Below, piece by piece: positions 37,699-47,732 of a stretch of 64,000 bases of DNA; within the stretch, counting starts at the first letter, position 1, and every line of letters starts with the position of its first letter. Location of the stretch: contig JAWKNC010000001.1 in assembly GCA_041391945.1 (NCBI GenBank), positions 189,817 through 253,816 on the forward strand, written 5' to 3'. The notes below the pieces were generated by a model. The model had not been told where the DNA came from. It did no database searches and saw nothing but the letters and a program-made list of their open reading frames with translations. A program made the position numbers and the translations under genes. The DNA is from Allomuricauda sp. GTDB taxonomy: Bacteria > Bacteroidota > Bacteroidia > Flavobacteriales > Flavobacteriaceae.

Positions 37699-39042
37699 TC
37701 AAAAATCCTCCCTGTCCATAAGTTCCTGTATCTTGCGTTCTTCCCAACGCTTGCCCCACAGTGGATTATAGCCAAACGCTTCCAGACCGTGCATCAACAC
37801 GCCAAAGCCCCATCCCAAAGTGGGGAAAAAGGCCCACAAAAAGTCCGTGGTCCTAAAGTTGAGCCACCACAAAAAGGGTATCACAATGCAGTAGGATATC
37901 AAATTGGTGTAAAAGTCCTTTATGCCCTTCACTTTTTCAAGGGCCTTTAAATACCTTTTTTCCTCAATGTAACTTTGTTGGGTTTCCATTACGGAAAGTA
38001 GTTTTGTCAACATGGGCAGGGCCACGCTAAAATCTGTCGCGGTTTTGTCTATCACCACCTGCCTATCCGTTAAAATATGATACCGCTGCTTGATATTCTG
38101 CAGTCCTACCCCACTGCTTTTCTTCACCACCTGTTTTTCTTGAAGGTTATTGGCCACCACTAGAGCGCCATCATGTTCAAAAACCCCTATTTTTAAAGGT
38201 TTTGAAGCGGTGACCACATTGTGTTTCACTGCATTTTCCAAAAGTAGTTGCAATGAAAGTGGAACAATCTTGGCATCTGGAATGGAGCATTTTTCGGGTA
38301 TTTCAAAAATGATACTGTCCTCAAACCTCATTTTTAATAGCCTGACATACGTACGGGCAAAGTCGAGTTCCTCATCCACAGTGACCAAATCTTTGTTTTT
38401 CTGTTCCAACACGTAGCGATAGACCTTGGAGAGCGATGTGGTAAATTTCTGTGCCTGATCGGGATCTTCCTCAATCAGACTGGTAAGCACATTTAGACTA
38501 TTGAACAAAAAATGGGGGTCCAATTGGTTCTTGAGGGCATCGAACCGGGCTGATGCCGATCCCGCTATGATCTTTTGTTCCTTGACCCTCTTTTCCTGCC
38601 AGTTCTTATAAAAATAGATAGCATGGAAAAAGACGGACACCACAATGGTTATCAACAGCGCAATGGCATAGTAAATAGGCCTTTCGCCAGCCACAAATCC
38701 TTCCCAGTCCTTCCCTTCAAACCCAATGTGGATAACGATCCTTATCCAAAAAATGCCCAGCATGGTAACGGCAACCCCACCCAGTGCGCTCAGCACCAAA
38801 CGATATTTTGCAAAACGCCCCCAGGTTACCTTATGGTTAAGGTAATCATAGTAGACACTGTTGATAAAGGTCAGTACAATGGAATAGAAAATATAGTACC
38901 CTACGCTGCGCAGCAGGTCCATGTCAAAAGCCACAGTCTCACCGGATGCGGCTTTTAGGCCTATAAAAATTCCGGCGACCACAAGGCCCACCGAAATTGC
39001 TATCAGGAGTAGTCTTACAATGTATACAACTGTTTTTTTCAT
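37699..39042 (-). CDS. LytS-type histidine kinase with N-terminal TM helices and a C-terminal 2TM domain
   Basis: LKNQLDPHFLFNSLN, QLLLENAVKHN, GVGLQNIKQRY; tail ALEKVKGIKDFY...WGFG...WEERKIQELM. Confidence 0.92.
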   Translation of the reverse strand: MKKTVVYIVRLLLIAISVGLVVAGIFIGLKAASGETVAFDMDLLRSVGYYIFYSIVLTFINSVYYDYLNHKVTWGRFAKYRLVLSALGGVAVTMLGIFWIRIVIHIGFEGKDWEGFVAGERPIYYAIALLITIVVSVFFHAIYFYKNWQEKRVKEQKIIAGSASARFDALKNQLDPHFLFNSLNVLTSLIEEDPDQAQKFTTSLSKVYRYVLEQKNKDLVTVDEELDFARTYVRLLKMRFEDSIIFEIPEKCSIPDAKIVPLSLQLLLENAVKHNVVTASKPLKIGVFEHDGALVVANNLQEKQVVKKSSGVGLQNIKQRYHILTDRQVVIDKTATDFSVALPMLTKLLSVMETQQSYIEEKRYLKALEKVKGIKDFYTNLISYCIVIPFLWWLNFRTTDFLWAFFPTLGWGFGVLMHGLEAFGYNPLWGKRWEERKIQELMDREDF

Positions 39043-39662
39043 TCACTGCATTGCTTGTATACCATCTCGGCCCGTTCTTTTCCCCATGTTGGGTAAAACG
39101 GTGTATCATCGTTAAAATTAGCAAAAAGTTCCAAGGCCCTTTCCACATCCTTGCAATAAGGAGCCGTATCCTGTCCAAAATATCGGGCACTTCCCATGTC
39201 CCATTCCGCCTTTGAAAACACAACCCTGGGGTTGTTTGGCGCCAATACCAAGGCTTTTTGGTACAACTGGGCATTCTTACCCGATAATGTTGGACCATAG
39301 GTAGCCCCATCAAAGGCGATCCACGCCGTATTGATCATGGCCTCTTGGACCAATAGTTCAGGATTGTCCGAGGATATGGCCTTGGCCAAATCTAAAGATT
39401 CCTTGGCCTTGCCCAACTGTTTTGACAACTTCTCTTCATCTTTCTCGCCAAAGGAGATGATGGTATTGATCTGGGCAACATAGTAGTGTGGCAGCCAGTT
39501 GTCGGGCTCGGCCATCGCAATGCGCTCAAAAAGGTTGGAAGCTTCAATGATCTTATGGTCTTTCCATAGTTGAAAGGCCTTTTCCATTCCCTGGGTATAT
39601 TGGTCCTGAGCATTGATGGTTGCCATTCCAAGTAGTACAAAAAGTGTTAGGAGTTTTTTCAT
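39039..39662 (-). CDS. Secreted TPR-like helical protein
   Basis: Signal peptide MKKLLTLFVLLGMATINA; helical repeats FERIAMAEPDNWLPHYY and LAPNNPRV. Confidence 0.7.
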   Translation of the reverse strand: MKKLLTLFVLLGMATINAQDQYTQGMEKAFQLWKDHKIIEASNLFERIAMAEPDNWLPHYYVAQINTIISFGEKDEEKLSKQLGKAKESLDLAKAISSDNPELLVQEAMINTAWIAFDGATYGPTLSGKNAQLYQKALVLAPNNPRVVFSKAEWDMGSARYFGQDTAPYCKDVERALELFANFNDDTPFYPTWGKERAEMVYKQCSE

Positions 39663-39732
39663 GACTGTTCGTTTTTAATTGATTAGTATGCCACAAAAAT
39701 TCATGTAATCCACCTATTTGGACAGAAAACTT

Positions 39733-39764
39733 TACCGAGTTGTATTTTTTGGGGGATGGACTGT
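39733..39764 (-). promoter_or_regulatory. Putative LytTR direct-repeat site upstream of the TPR-kinase operon
   Basis: Sense strand ACAGTCCATC-N11-ACAACTCGGT, 21-bp period. Confidence 0.75.
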
Positions 39765-39825
39765 TTCTTTCGGTGTAACAGAATCGATTTTTCATCATCT
39801 TTAAAACAACCATTTTCCAAAACAA

Positions 39826-40986
39826 ATGCAACTGACCAAGACCACTCTTGTCATTTTTCTTTTTTCCATCCTGTTTTACACATCCTCGTGCCGGCATCCG
39901 AAAGCCAAGGAGAACACTTCATCCAAGCAAGGCGATGTTGAATTTGCCCTGGGCGGGCTTGCCGAAAATGGCATGGATTCCCTACTCATCCTACAAATGC
40001 AAGATGCCATCCAAAAAGGCATCTATCCCAATATCCACAGTGTGTTGATTCTTAAGAACAATAGTTTGGTCTATGAAAATTACTTTCAGGGCAAAGATGA
40101 GATTTGGGGGGATGATCTAGGAGTCTTTGATCACCATAGGGACAGTCTACATGATATACGGAGTATATCCAAGAGTATTGTTGCAGCCTGTGTTGGTTTG
40201 AGCCTACAACAAGGGAACATCGATAGTCTCACGCAAAGTATATTTGACTTTTTTCCAGAGTACAAAAAATACGATACTGGTCCACGTTCCAAAATTACCG
40301 TAGAAATGTTGCTTACCATGACCTCGGGGATGGAATGGAATGAAAATGTACCCTATTCGGACCCCAGAAACAGTGAAATTCAAATGACATCCAGTGCCGA
40401 TCCCATAGAATTTGTGCTTAGTAGGCCCATTGTAACCACACCCGGGGTTACTTGGGAATATAATGGTGGCACCACCCAATTGCTTGCTTCCATTGTGGAA
40501 AGGACCAGTGGCTTGAGCATTGATGCCTATGCCAAAAAATATTTGTTCGCTCCCTTGGACATCCATGATTTTGAGTGGATTCATTTTCCTAACCTTGACG
40601 TGCCTGCCGCTGCATCAGGGTTAAGATTGAAATCAAGGGATCTGATGAAATTTGGAATGCTCTATGCCAATAATGGTCAATACAAGGGAGCCCAGCTATT
40701 ATCCAAGGAATGGGTGGAAAAATCCAAACAGCCCCATGTCTGGTTTGGACGCAACAATAATGTGGGATATGGATACCAACTCTGGATATTCAAGGCCCAT
40801 ACCATTATGGAAAGCCAAAGCCATTTGATTCCAGCAGCGGTGGGGAACGGAGGGCAGCGCATCTATATCGATGACAAAAATGGACTAATCATTGTAATTA
40901 CTGCCGGAAACTACAATGATTGGACCCTTAAAAACGATTCAGAAGCTTTACTTATTGATTTTATTTATCCGGCCTTGGCCCAATAA
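39826..40986 (+). CDS. Serine hydrolase (beta-lactamase class C / esterase family) lipoprotein
   Basis: SISK (SxxK), WEYNGG, LLTMTSG, GNGGQ; lipobox TSSC. Confidence 0.85.
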   Translation: MQLTKTTLVIFLFSILFYTSSCRHPKAKENTSSKQGDVEFALGGLAENGMDSLLILQMQDAIQKGIYPNIHSVLILKNNSLVYENYFQGKDEIWGDDLGVFDHHRDSLHDIRSISKSIVAACVGLSLQQGNIDSLTQSIFDFFPEYKKYDTGPRSKITVEMLLTMTSGMEWNENVPYSDPRNSEIQMTSSADPIEFVLSRPIVTTPGVTWEYNGGTTQLLASIVERTSGLSIDAYAKKYLFAPLDIHDFEWIHFPNLDVPAAASGLRLKSRDLMKFGMLYANNGQYKGAQLLSKEWVEKSKQPHVWFGRNNNVGYGYQLWIFKAHTIMESQSHLIPAAVGNGGQRIYIDDKNGLIIVITAGNYNDWTLKNDSEALLIDFIYPALAQ

Positions 40987-42096
40987 TTATTGGGTGCCAT
41001 AATCCTTATAAATGGCTTCTTCAAAAGCTTTCCAATGAGCCTCGGTCATTCGCCCTGGGGTGAACAAACAAATGCCCTTGGCACCGTTCTGCATAGATCC
41101 CCGAATGGCCTCTCCGATTTCCTCGGGCAATAATCCATGGTTTTCAGGATCTTTTTCATTGCCTTTCTTCTCCGGTTTGGGACAAATAAAAAGACCGCTA
41201 TAGACGGGCACACCGTTTTTTGCACTGGCGACCTCTTCCTTCACCATTTCACCTACCCATTCAGGGCCTTCCAAATAAAAGTCGTTGTAGTTCATGGGAT
41301 AAACAGCATCCAGGTTCCAATTGCCCCAATCTTGCCTAACGATTCTTTTTGCAATGGAAGGGCCCGGAAAAACCGCCGCATTTATTTTCTTGTTCTTGGA
41401 GTGTGCCACCTCTGCCAAACGGTTTACCACACTGGTGATCAAATCATACCTGAACTGTTTCCACTCCGGTACCTGGGAGGGATCTTCCACTTCTTTGATG
41501 TCGATTCCCGTTTTTTCCTTGAAATTGGATACACATTCATCACAATAGCAATAATCAAATTGTGGATACTCCCTGTCCATCACCAAACCATATTTGTCCC
41601 ATAGGCCACGGGCCAGTATCACATCGGGGAAACGGATGTAATCCAGATGGATGCCATCCACCACATCAAGGTCGGCCACACTCCCATATAGTTCGGCCAA
41701 AAAATTGTACACGCCTTCCTTGCTAGGGCAAAGGAAGGTATAATGGGGCACATAGGCCGGTTTTTCGAGTGCGGACTCTCCCAAACCATTTACGGCATAC
41801 CATTCTTCCTTGAGCTTTGGGGTCTTGGCCTGGACCATGGTGGGAATCCATGTGTGGAATTCCATTCCAGCTTCCTTGACGAGCTTGCCCACTCTTTTAT
41901 AGGTTTCCGGGTTGTGGTCTCCATGGTACATCAACCCATCAATGCCTTTTTCCTTAAGATCGGCGAACTGCGACGCCAACTCTTCATCGGTTGCATCCCC
42001 TGGACCCCCAATCCATGCGTATACTGGTATTTTGGTTCGTTCCTCACATGCCATCAAGGATAGTACCAGGGCCATCAATAAAAGAAATCTGTTCAT
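40987..42096 (-). CDS. GHL10 / DUF187-like glycoside hydrolase lipoprotein
   Basis: Lipobox LMAC; VDGIHLDYIRFP, INAAVFP, RQDWGNW, YPMNY. Confidence 0.75.
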   Translation of the reverse strand: MNRFLLLMALVLSLMACEERTKIPVYAWIGGPGDATDEELASQFADLKEKGIDGLMYHGDHNPETYKRVGKLVKEAGMEFHTWIPTMVQAKTPKLKEEWYAVNGLGESALEKPAYVPHYTFLCPSKEGVYNFLAELYGSVADLDVVDGIHLDYIRFPDVILARGLWDKYGLVMDREYPQFDYCYCDECVSNFKEKTGIDIKEVEDPSQVPEWKQFRYDLITSVVNRLAEVAHSKNKKINAAVFPGPSIAKRIVRQDWGNWNLDAVYPMNYNDFYLEGPEWVGEMVKEEVASAKNGVPVYSGLFICPKPEKKGNEKDPENHGLLPEEIGEAIRGSMQNGAKGICLFTPGRMTEAHWKAFEEAIYKDYGTQ

Positions 42097-42644
42097 TCTC
42101 GTGTTTTTTGGTTTATGAATTTGGAATTTAATGAATCTTTTTTGGCAAATCCATCATTCTTAGACGAACAACATATATGAACAAACGAACACATCGCCAA
42201 CGCCACTTGGCCATGTTGTCCCCTCAAGTACTTCAAGATTTTGGACCTTGTATCGATATACCGAGGAAACACCCCCTTGGCTCTGTAGGAAAACTTTCCG
42301 GAAACCATCTATTTATTAACAATTTTTGATTTTTAAATCATTCATTTTCAGTTTTTTACTATATTAGGTAACCGATAGCGCAAATAATTCCGCCCCACAT
42401 TATCTTCGGTTTGTTCCCCATTTTAAGTAGATCCTTACTTGCACTTGAGGTTGCTCCATGTTGCTTGAAAATAAGCAAGTTATTGCCCAAAAATCACAAT
42501 CGATCGTTGGCGTATAGTCGTTAAACCAATGAAGGCTTGCAATGTACCTATATTGATTGCCTTCATCTTTGACCGAATTACGAAATGACCCCGACCTTTT
42601 TTGGTCATGGCATTTTTTAATACATAACTTAAAATCAACAAACA

Positions 42645-43166
42645 ATGAAAAAAGTAATTTTCCAATGTGTAATGGTGGTACTGGTATTCAGCGCCTGCCA
42701 GCAGGGTCCCGTACGGTATACCCAAAATTCCCCAGAAATTGACACGGTCAAGAAGTTGATAGCCAACTATGACAGTAAAAATTTCGACACCAGCATGTAT
42801 GCGGATTCTTCAGAAACCTATTACAACACAAACAAAAATCCAATGTCTGCCACAGAGGCCATGAATTACCACAAGCAGTCTGACAGCAACTATGCTTCAC
42901 GTGGATTTGCGGACGAGCACCAGGAATATGAAATGGTGGTGACCGACAAAGGTGAAACTTGGGTAAACAGTTGGCTGGACTGGAAGGGCACCCTAGCTGC
43001 GAACGGCAAGGAAATTGAAATTCCCGTGCATTTGACCTTTCAATTCGTGAATGGAAAGATTGTCAAGGAATATGGGTACTGGGACCCCACTGAAGTTGTT
43101 CTGGAGCTACAAAAAATTGAAGCGGCAGCCAAAATGGCCGAAGAAACAGAAGAAGGAACGGAATAG
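42645..43166 (+). CDS. SnoaL/NTF2-like lipoprotein
   Basis: Lipobox FSAC; WVNSWLDWKGT, PVHLTFQFVNGKIVKEYGYWD. Confidence 0.7.
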   Translation: MKKVIFQCVMVVLVFSACQQGPVRYTQNSPEIDTVKKLIANYDSKNFDTSMYADSSETYYNTNKNPMSATEAMNYHKQSDSNYASRGFADEHQEYEMVVTDKGETWVNSWLDWKGTLAANGKEIEIPVHLTFQFVNGKIVKEYGYWDPTEVVLELQKIEAAAKMAEETEEGTE

Positions 43167-43202
43167 TCAATAAAAAGCAAAGACATCGGTACAGATTATC
43201 AT

Positions 43203-43228
43203 AAAAGGCCCAAAAATGGGCCTTTTTT
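43203..43228 (+). terminator. Rho-independent terminator
   Basis: aaaaggccca-aaaa-tgggcctttt then tt. Confidence 0.8.
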
Positions 43229-43342
43229 ATATCGAATTTAGAATTGGACTCTCTGCCCAATAAACGTTTGATATTTCAAAAGCCTCTCATTTAATATCTT
43301 TGAGCTGCTTTTTATCAAAATTGAATCAACTTTTCCAAAACT

Positions 43343-43954
43343 ATGCACATTCCCCATTACTACAAAAATGAAAACCTTGATGAGGTCAAGGATTTCTTAA
43401 AGAAAAACAGCTTCGGTATTTTGGTCAATCAGTTGAACGGTAAGCCTTGGGCCACCCATATTCCCCTTGAACTGGATGTGGACAAGGATGGGAATGAGGT
43501 TCTTTCCGGTCATATTGCCAAGGCCAATCCACAATGGCAAAGTTTTAATGATACAACAGAGGTGCTCTGCATCTTCAATGGTCCCCATACGTATATTTCT
43601 TCTTCTTGGTACAAAGAGGAAGAAGTGCCCACTTGGAATTACATTGCGGTACATGTGTATGGGAAATTGAAAGTTTTGACCGAAGAGGATACCATGGCTG
43701 CCCTACACAAGCTAGTGGATAAATATGAAGAAGGTTCGAAGAATCCGGTTTCCTTGCACCAAATGTCTCCTAAAACATTGCGACAGGTAAAGGGCATAGT
43801 GGGGTTCCATATTGTAATTTCAGAAATACATGCCGCCTATAAGCTCTCCCAGACCCGTCCGCAGGACCATCCCAAGATCATTGCGGAACTCATGGAACGC
43901 AATGATGCCGGAAGCGTGGCCATAGCCCAAGAGATGGACGGTTCAAAAACGTAG
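43343..43954 (+). CDS. paiB: FMN-binding negative transcriptional regulator (PaiB family)
   Basis: MHIPHYY, ATHIPL, GHIAKANPQW, YISSSWY, VPTWNYIAVH, KLSQ. Confidence 0.88.
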   Translation: MHIPHYYKNENLDEVKDFLKKNSFGILVNQLNGKPWATHIPLELDVDKDGNEVLSGHIAKANPQWQSFNDTTEVLCIFNGPHTYISSSWYKEEEVPTWNYIAVHVYGKLKVLTEEDTMAALHKLVDKYEEGSKNPVSLHQMSPKTLRQVKGIVGFHIVISEIHAAYKLSQTRPQDHPKIIAELMERNDAGSVAIAQEMDGSKT

Positions 43955-43963
43955 AAGCCCCTA

Positions 43964-45739
43964 TTATTCTATATCCTGATAAATGGTGTCCGCCCAATTG
44001 GAATACCGTGGATTGTCCACATGCATGATCCAAAGTTCGTCGGTATACTTTCCTTTCATTTTGGAACGGTACGCGGCATAGGCATCCTCGTTTTCTTGGT
44101 ACTTGGCCAAATACACATAATTAAGGCCATTATCAGGGTTTTTGAAATATTGGGCATCGAGTCCTTTGGCCTTTAGTTCAGCCATGAAACTCTTTAGATA
44201 ACGCTCGTTCTTAAAAACATTGGCCACAATGTAATGCCCCTTGCCCACTCCATCCAAGTCTATGAATTTCTCAATGGGCTTATAATCCCCTCCTGTGAAA
44301 GTGCCCTTACTTTTTTCACTGTGCACATCCTCTTTTTTAGAGGTAGCCGTATTGTCCACCAAACTAGTGGCTTCCATGGCGTTGTACAGGGAATCCAAGT
44401 CTTCATTCTTGGCCAAATAAAGCTGTTGTGCCTTTTCCACAATCTCGGGGCTATCGTCCTTGTTGTATCTTTTCACCATACGCATGACCATTTCAAAACG
44501 TTTTTCAAGATCGCGTTCCCTGTTCTTTTCAAGGGAGTCCATCTTATAGACCAACTCATTGATCACGGCATAGTTGTCTTGTTGCTGGGCTTTCAATAGC
44601 GCTATCTGCTCTTCCCAAAAAGCACGATCTTCCTTATTGGTGGGCCGCAAAGTGGTCTGTGCATCCAATCTGTCCTTTTTGGTTTTCTTGTCCGGTTTTG
44701 CATCCGCAACAAAAGTGCCCTCCAAAGGTTTTTGTCCTGACGCATCATTTGAGGCCACTACGTTCTTGGACATCGTCGGAACAAAGGAATATGCAATGGA
44801 TACTTCATGGGTAACTCCCAAATTGGTAAAATTGCTGTTGATGTTCTTCTCAAAATTGTAGCCAAAGGAAAGTCTCCGGTTCAGGTTAAAACCTGTGCCC
44901 GCGGAAGCTCCATAAAATTGGTCGTATCCGCCCTGGATCCATCCCACTTTGGGCAAATCCAAGATAAGTCCACCACCAAAAATAGGGTCTTGGCCCCCTT
45001 CAAACCGTACCCTTGCCAAAGGGAGCAAGCGGCCATCCTCCAGGATTCCACTTCCATTCCTGAATTCATTGGCAAATTGAATGTGCCCCGAAAAGGTCTT
45101 ATGGTGAAAGTCCGACAAGGATTCCCCGGTTTTGATGTTGTAGTCTACCAAGTTTTGGGCGAAAACACCAAAATCAAACTTTCCCAAAGAAAGATTGATG
45201 CCCGGTTGAAAGGAAATAATGGACGTTTGGGTGGCATCGTTCAATACGGGGTCATCTTCCAGCGCAACCGCCCTGTCTGGGTCAAAACTGCTCACATAAT
45301 ATGGTATGTTGACCCCAAAACTAAGGCTACTATTTTGCCCCAGTTGGATTCCATGGGAGTAGTTGGCCATTATGCCCAAGTTGGAAATAACACCTTCCTG
45401 TTGGTTGTACAGACTAACGCCCATGCCGATCCTATCGTTGAGCCTACTGCTGTAGCTCAAGAAATAGTTCTGGTTGTTGTCATTGAAATTTGCGCTTTGG
45501 CTCCTATGAAACAGGTTGACATAGGATTTGTCTTCCCGAACCGCCGAAAAGGTCGGGTTTATCAAAAAACGGTTGAATTTCAACAGATTCTGGAAGGGCA
45601 CATTATAGCTCACATAGGGATTGCTTTCTTGTGCAGGGACAGTGTTGTTCCACAATGCACAGGAAACAATCAGACAAAAAGTCCAATTAAAACGAAATAT
45701 AGATGCGTTTTTTGGGGACAGGGGTAGTTTTACATCCAT
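43964..45739 (-). CDS. PorP/SprF-family T9SS membrane protein with C-terminal coiled-coil and SPOR-like domain
   Basis: NRFLINPTFS, beta-barrel-like alternating strands to THEVSIAYSF, then helical linker and HYIVANVFKN...YVYLAKY...WIMHV. Confidence 0.75.
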   Translation of the reverse strand: MDVKLPLSPKNASIFRFNWTFCLIVSCALWNNTVPAQESNPYVSYNVPFQNLLKFNRFLINPTFSAVREDKSYVNLFHRSQSANFNDNNQNYFLSYSSRLNDRIGMGVSLYNQQEGVISNLGIMANYSHGIQLGQNSSLSFGVNIPYYVSSFDPDRAVALEDDPVLNDATQTSIISFQPGINLSLGKFDFGVFAQNLVDYNIKTGESLSDFHHKTFSGHIQFANEFRNGSGILEDGRLLPLARVRFEGGQDPIFGGGLILDLPKVGWIQGGYDQFYGASAGTGFNLNRRLSFGYNFEKNINSNFTNLGVTHEVSIAYSFVPTMSKNVVASNDASGQKPLEGTFVADAKPDKKTKKDRLDAQTTLRPTNKEDRAFWEEQIALLKAQQQDNYAVINELVYKMDSLEKNRERDLEKRFEMVMRMVKRYNKDDSPEIVEKAQQLYLAKNEDLDSLYNAMEATSLVDNTATSKKEDVHSEKSKGTFTGGDYKPIEKFIDLDGVGKGHYIVANVFKNERYLKSFMAELKAKGLDAQYFKNPDNGLNYVYLAKYQENEDAYAAYRSKMKGKYTDELWIMHVDNPRYSNWADTIYQDIE

Positions 45740-46009
45740 AGCCGAGAGGGGTTTGTAGGTTAAAAGGCCTGCAGGGGACAGGCATATGTATTTTATTGGG
45801 TCTCATTAGCAAGATTTGGGATTCTTGTAAGACTTTTACTATTAATCTCAACTGTAATATTACGTTTTTTTTCGCCAAATAGCCAATTTACTCGTTGAAC
45901 GGCAATGTGATTCAGTTATTTAACATTTTTGAGCTTAAAAACCGGAGGTGTTTGTAAAAAAAACATTTCAATTCGAACTAATTTTGGTGCTTTAACCTAA
46001 ACCCAATAT

Positions 46010-46492
46010 ATGGCCAATCCACCAATGATAGTTCCTTACTCGGAGATGTATAAATCGGCGTTCAAGGACCTCAACGAAGAATGGATCACCAAGTATTTCA
46101 AAATGGAGGAGATGGACCGCATATCCTTGAACCATCCCAAGGAATATATACTGGACAAGGGAGGCTATATTGCCGTGGCCCTGCTTGATGATGAACCTGT
46201 CGGGGTTTGTGCGCTAATTCCCAGTAACCGTGAAGGGTTTGATTTTGAACTGGCCAAAATGGGCGTTTCGCCAAAAGCCCAGGGCCTGGGAATCGGTAAG
46301 TTATTGGGGCTGCACATCATTGAAATGGCCAAGGGCATGGGCGCCAAAAAATTATACCTGGAAAGTAACAGGATCTTAAAACCAGCCATCAGTTTGTACC
46401 TTAAACTGGGTTTTGTGGAAATGGTCGGGGCCAAATCCCCGTATGAAAGGAGCGACATTCAAATGGAATTGCCCTTGGTGGACAACCCCTAA
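46010..46492 (+). CDS. GNAT family N-acetyltransferase
   Basis: FELAKMGVSPKAQGLGIG, LYLESNRILKPAISLYLKLGF. Confidence 0.9.
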   Translation: MANPPMIVPYSEMYKSAFKDLNEEWITKYFKMEEMDRISLNHPKEYILDKGGYIAVALLDDEPVGVCALIPSNREGFDFELAKMGVSPKAQGLGIGKLLGLHIIEMAKGMGAKKLYLESNRILKPAISLYLKLGFVEMVGAKSPYERSDIQMELPLVDNP

Positions 46493-46497
46493 AATCC

Positions 46498-47592
46498 CTA
46501 AAAACCATTCAAGGCGAAAAGGCGGATTTGTTCCTTCTTGCCCCGTAGTTGAAGTTTGGCAATTTCCCAGAATTCCATAGATTCAGTTTCCTTCAATTTG
46601 TCCCTCAACTGTTCGGACACCAAAATCTTGGTGCCATAATTGTTGCACTGATCTTGTATGCGTGCCGCTGTGTTGAGCACATCTCCCGTGTAGATGATCT
46701 CCTTTTTTATGACCCCTATTTCGCCCGTGGTCACCAATCCCACATGGTACCCTGCCTTGAACGACGGAAAAAAATTGAACTTTTTTTCATAACGGGCCTT
46801 TTTCTGTTCCAAGGTTTTTGAAATGCGCAGAAAGCATTCAATGCAATTGTTTTTGTACAATCCCATTTTTTCTGGCCAAGTGATCACTATCTCATCGCCA
46901 ACATACTGGTATATTTCGCCAGAAGTTTCCAAAATGGGATTGGCCATATCCGCGTAATAGTCCTTCAGCAGTTCAAAAAACTTGGCATGTCCCAGCTGTT
47001 CGGCAATGGTTGTTGAGGATTTCATGTCCAGGAACATGAAAATACGGCTTTCCCGCTTTGGGGTATGATATTTTCCAAACAAGAAGTTTAGGAATACCCC
47101 GGTTCCGACATAGATGGAGAGTTCTGCAAAGAGCATGGCAATGAGCAAGGCGAATGCAATATAAACGACCACGCTCCAAAACGTATACCTTCCCACAAAA
47201 AATTCGACACTTTGGATTACTTCCTGACTTAAGATCGGTGCATCAAACCTTCTTGAGTTCACCGCAAAGGACAACATAATCAGAAATAGGATGATAAAAC
47301 CCGTATAGAATGAAGTTTTGATTGAAATCTTTGTCCATAATCTACTCTTGGCCAGTTTTTTGCTAAGCCATGTCACCTCTATCCAACCGTGGATCAAGCC
47401 CGTGAGGAAACCGCCCACACTTGCATAGATGAGCGAACTTTTAAAATCATATTTGTTGTGGGTGGTAGGGTAATATTCCAATCTTCCCAAAATGCCCTGT
47501 TCTATAATACTGTACACTAGGCCAAAAAGGAACCAAATACAGGCGAACAACAAGGCCTGTTTGGCATAACGGATGTATTTGGGATGGAACAT
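46498..47592 (-). CDS. Membrane-anchored class III nucleotidyl cyclase
   Basis: Several TM helices, then FMFLDMKSST, YQYVGDE, GDVLNTAARIQ. Confidence 0.85.
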   Translation of the reverse strand: MFHPKYIRYAKQALLFACIWFLFGLVYSIIEQGILGRLEYYPTTHNKYDFKSSLIYASVGGFLTGLIHGWIEVTWLSKKLAKSRLWTKISIKTSFYTGFIILFLIMLSFAVNSRRFDAPILSQEVIQSVEFFVGRYTFWSVVVYIAFALLIAMLFAELSIYVGTGVFLNFLFGKYHTPKRESRIFMFLDMKSSTTIAEQLGHAKFFELLKDYYADMANPILETSGEIYQYVGDEIVITWPEKMGLYKNNCIECFLRISKTLEQKKARYEKKFNFFPSFKAGYHVGLVTTGEIGVIKKEIIYTGDVLNTAARIQDQCNNYGTKILVSEQLRDKLKETESMEFWEIAKLQLRGKKEQIRLFALNGF

Positions 47593-47732
47593 GATGATTA
47601 AAGGTAGCACATTATCAAATACGTTTGGAATTGCGGCCAATTTGGGGATATACGGTATGTCTAACGGTGAAAAATTTTAATGCCTCGCTAAAAATGAGTA
47701 CATTAAATGGTTAATTCGATAATTTCGAAACC

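Noticed and set aside
42093-42308. 71-aa minus-strand ORF upstream of the GHL10 gene
   Set aside because: No family features; alternative frames give equally arbitrary peptides, so it was treated as non-coding.
44807-45727. 306-aa antisense ORF, and similar long shadows (20650-21255, 27022-27900, 51863-52558)
   Set aside because: They lie opposite well-supported genes, have no recognisable motifs and are expected from codon bias.
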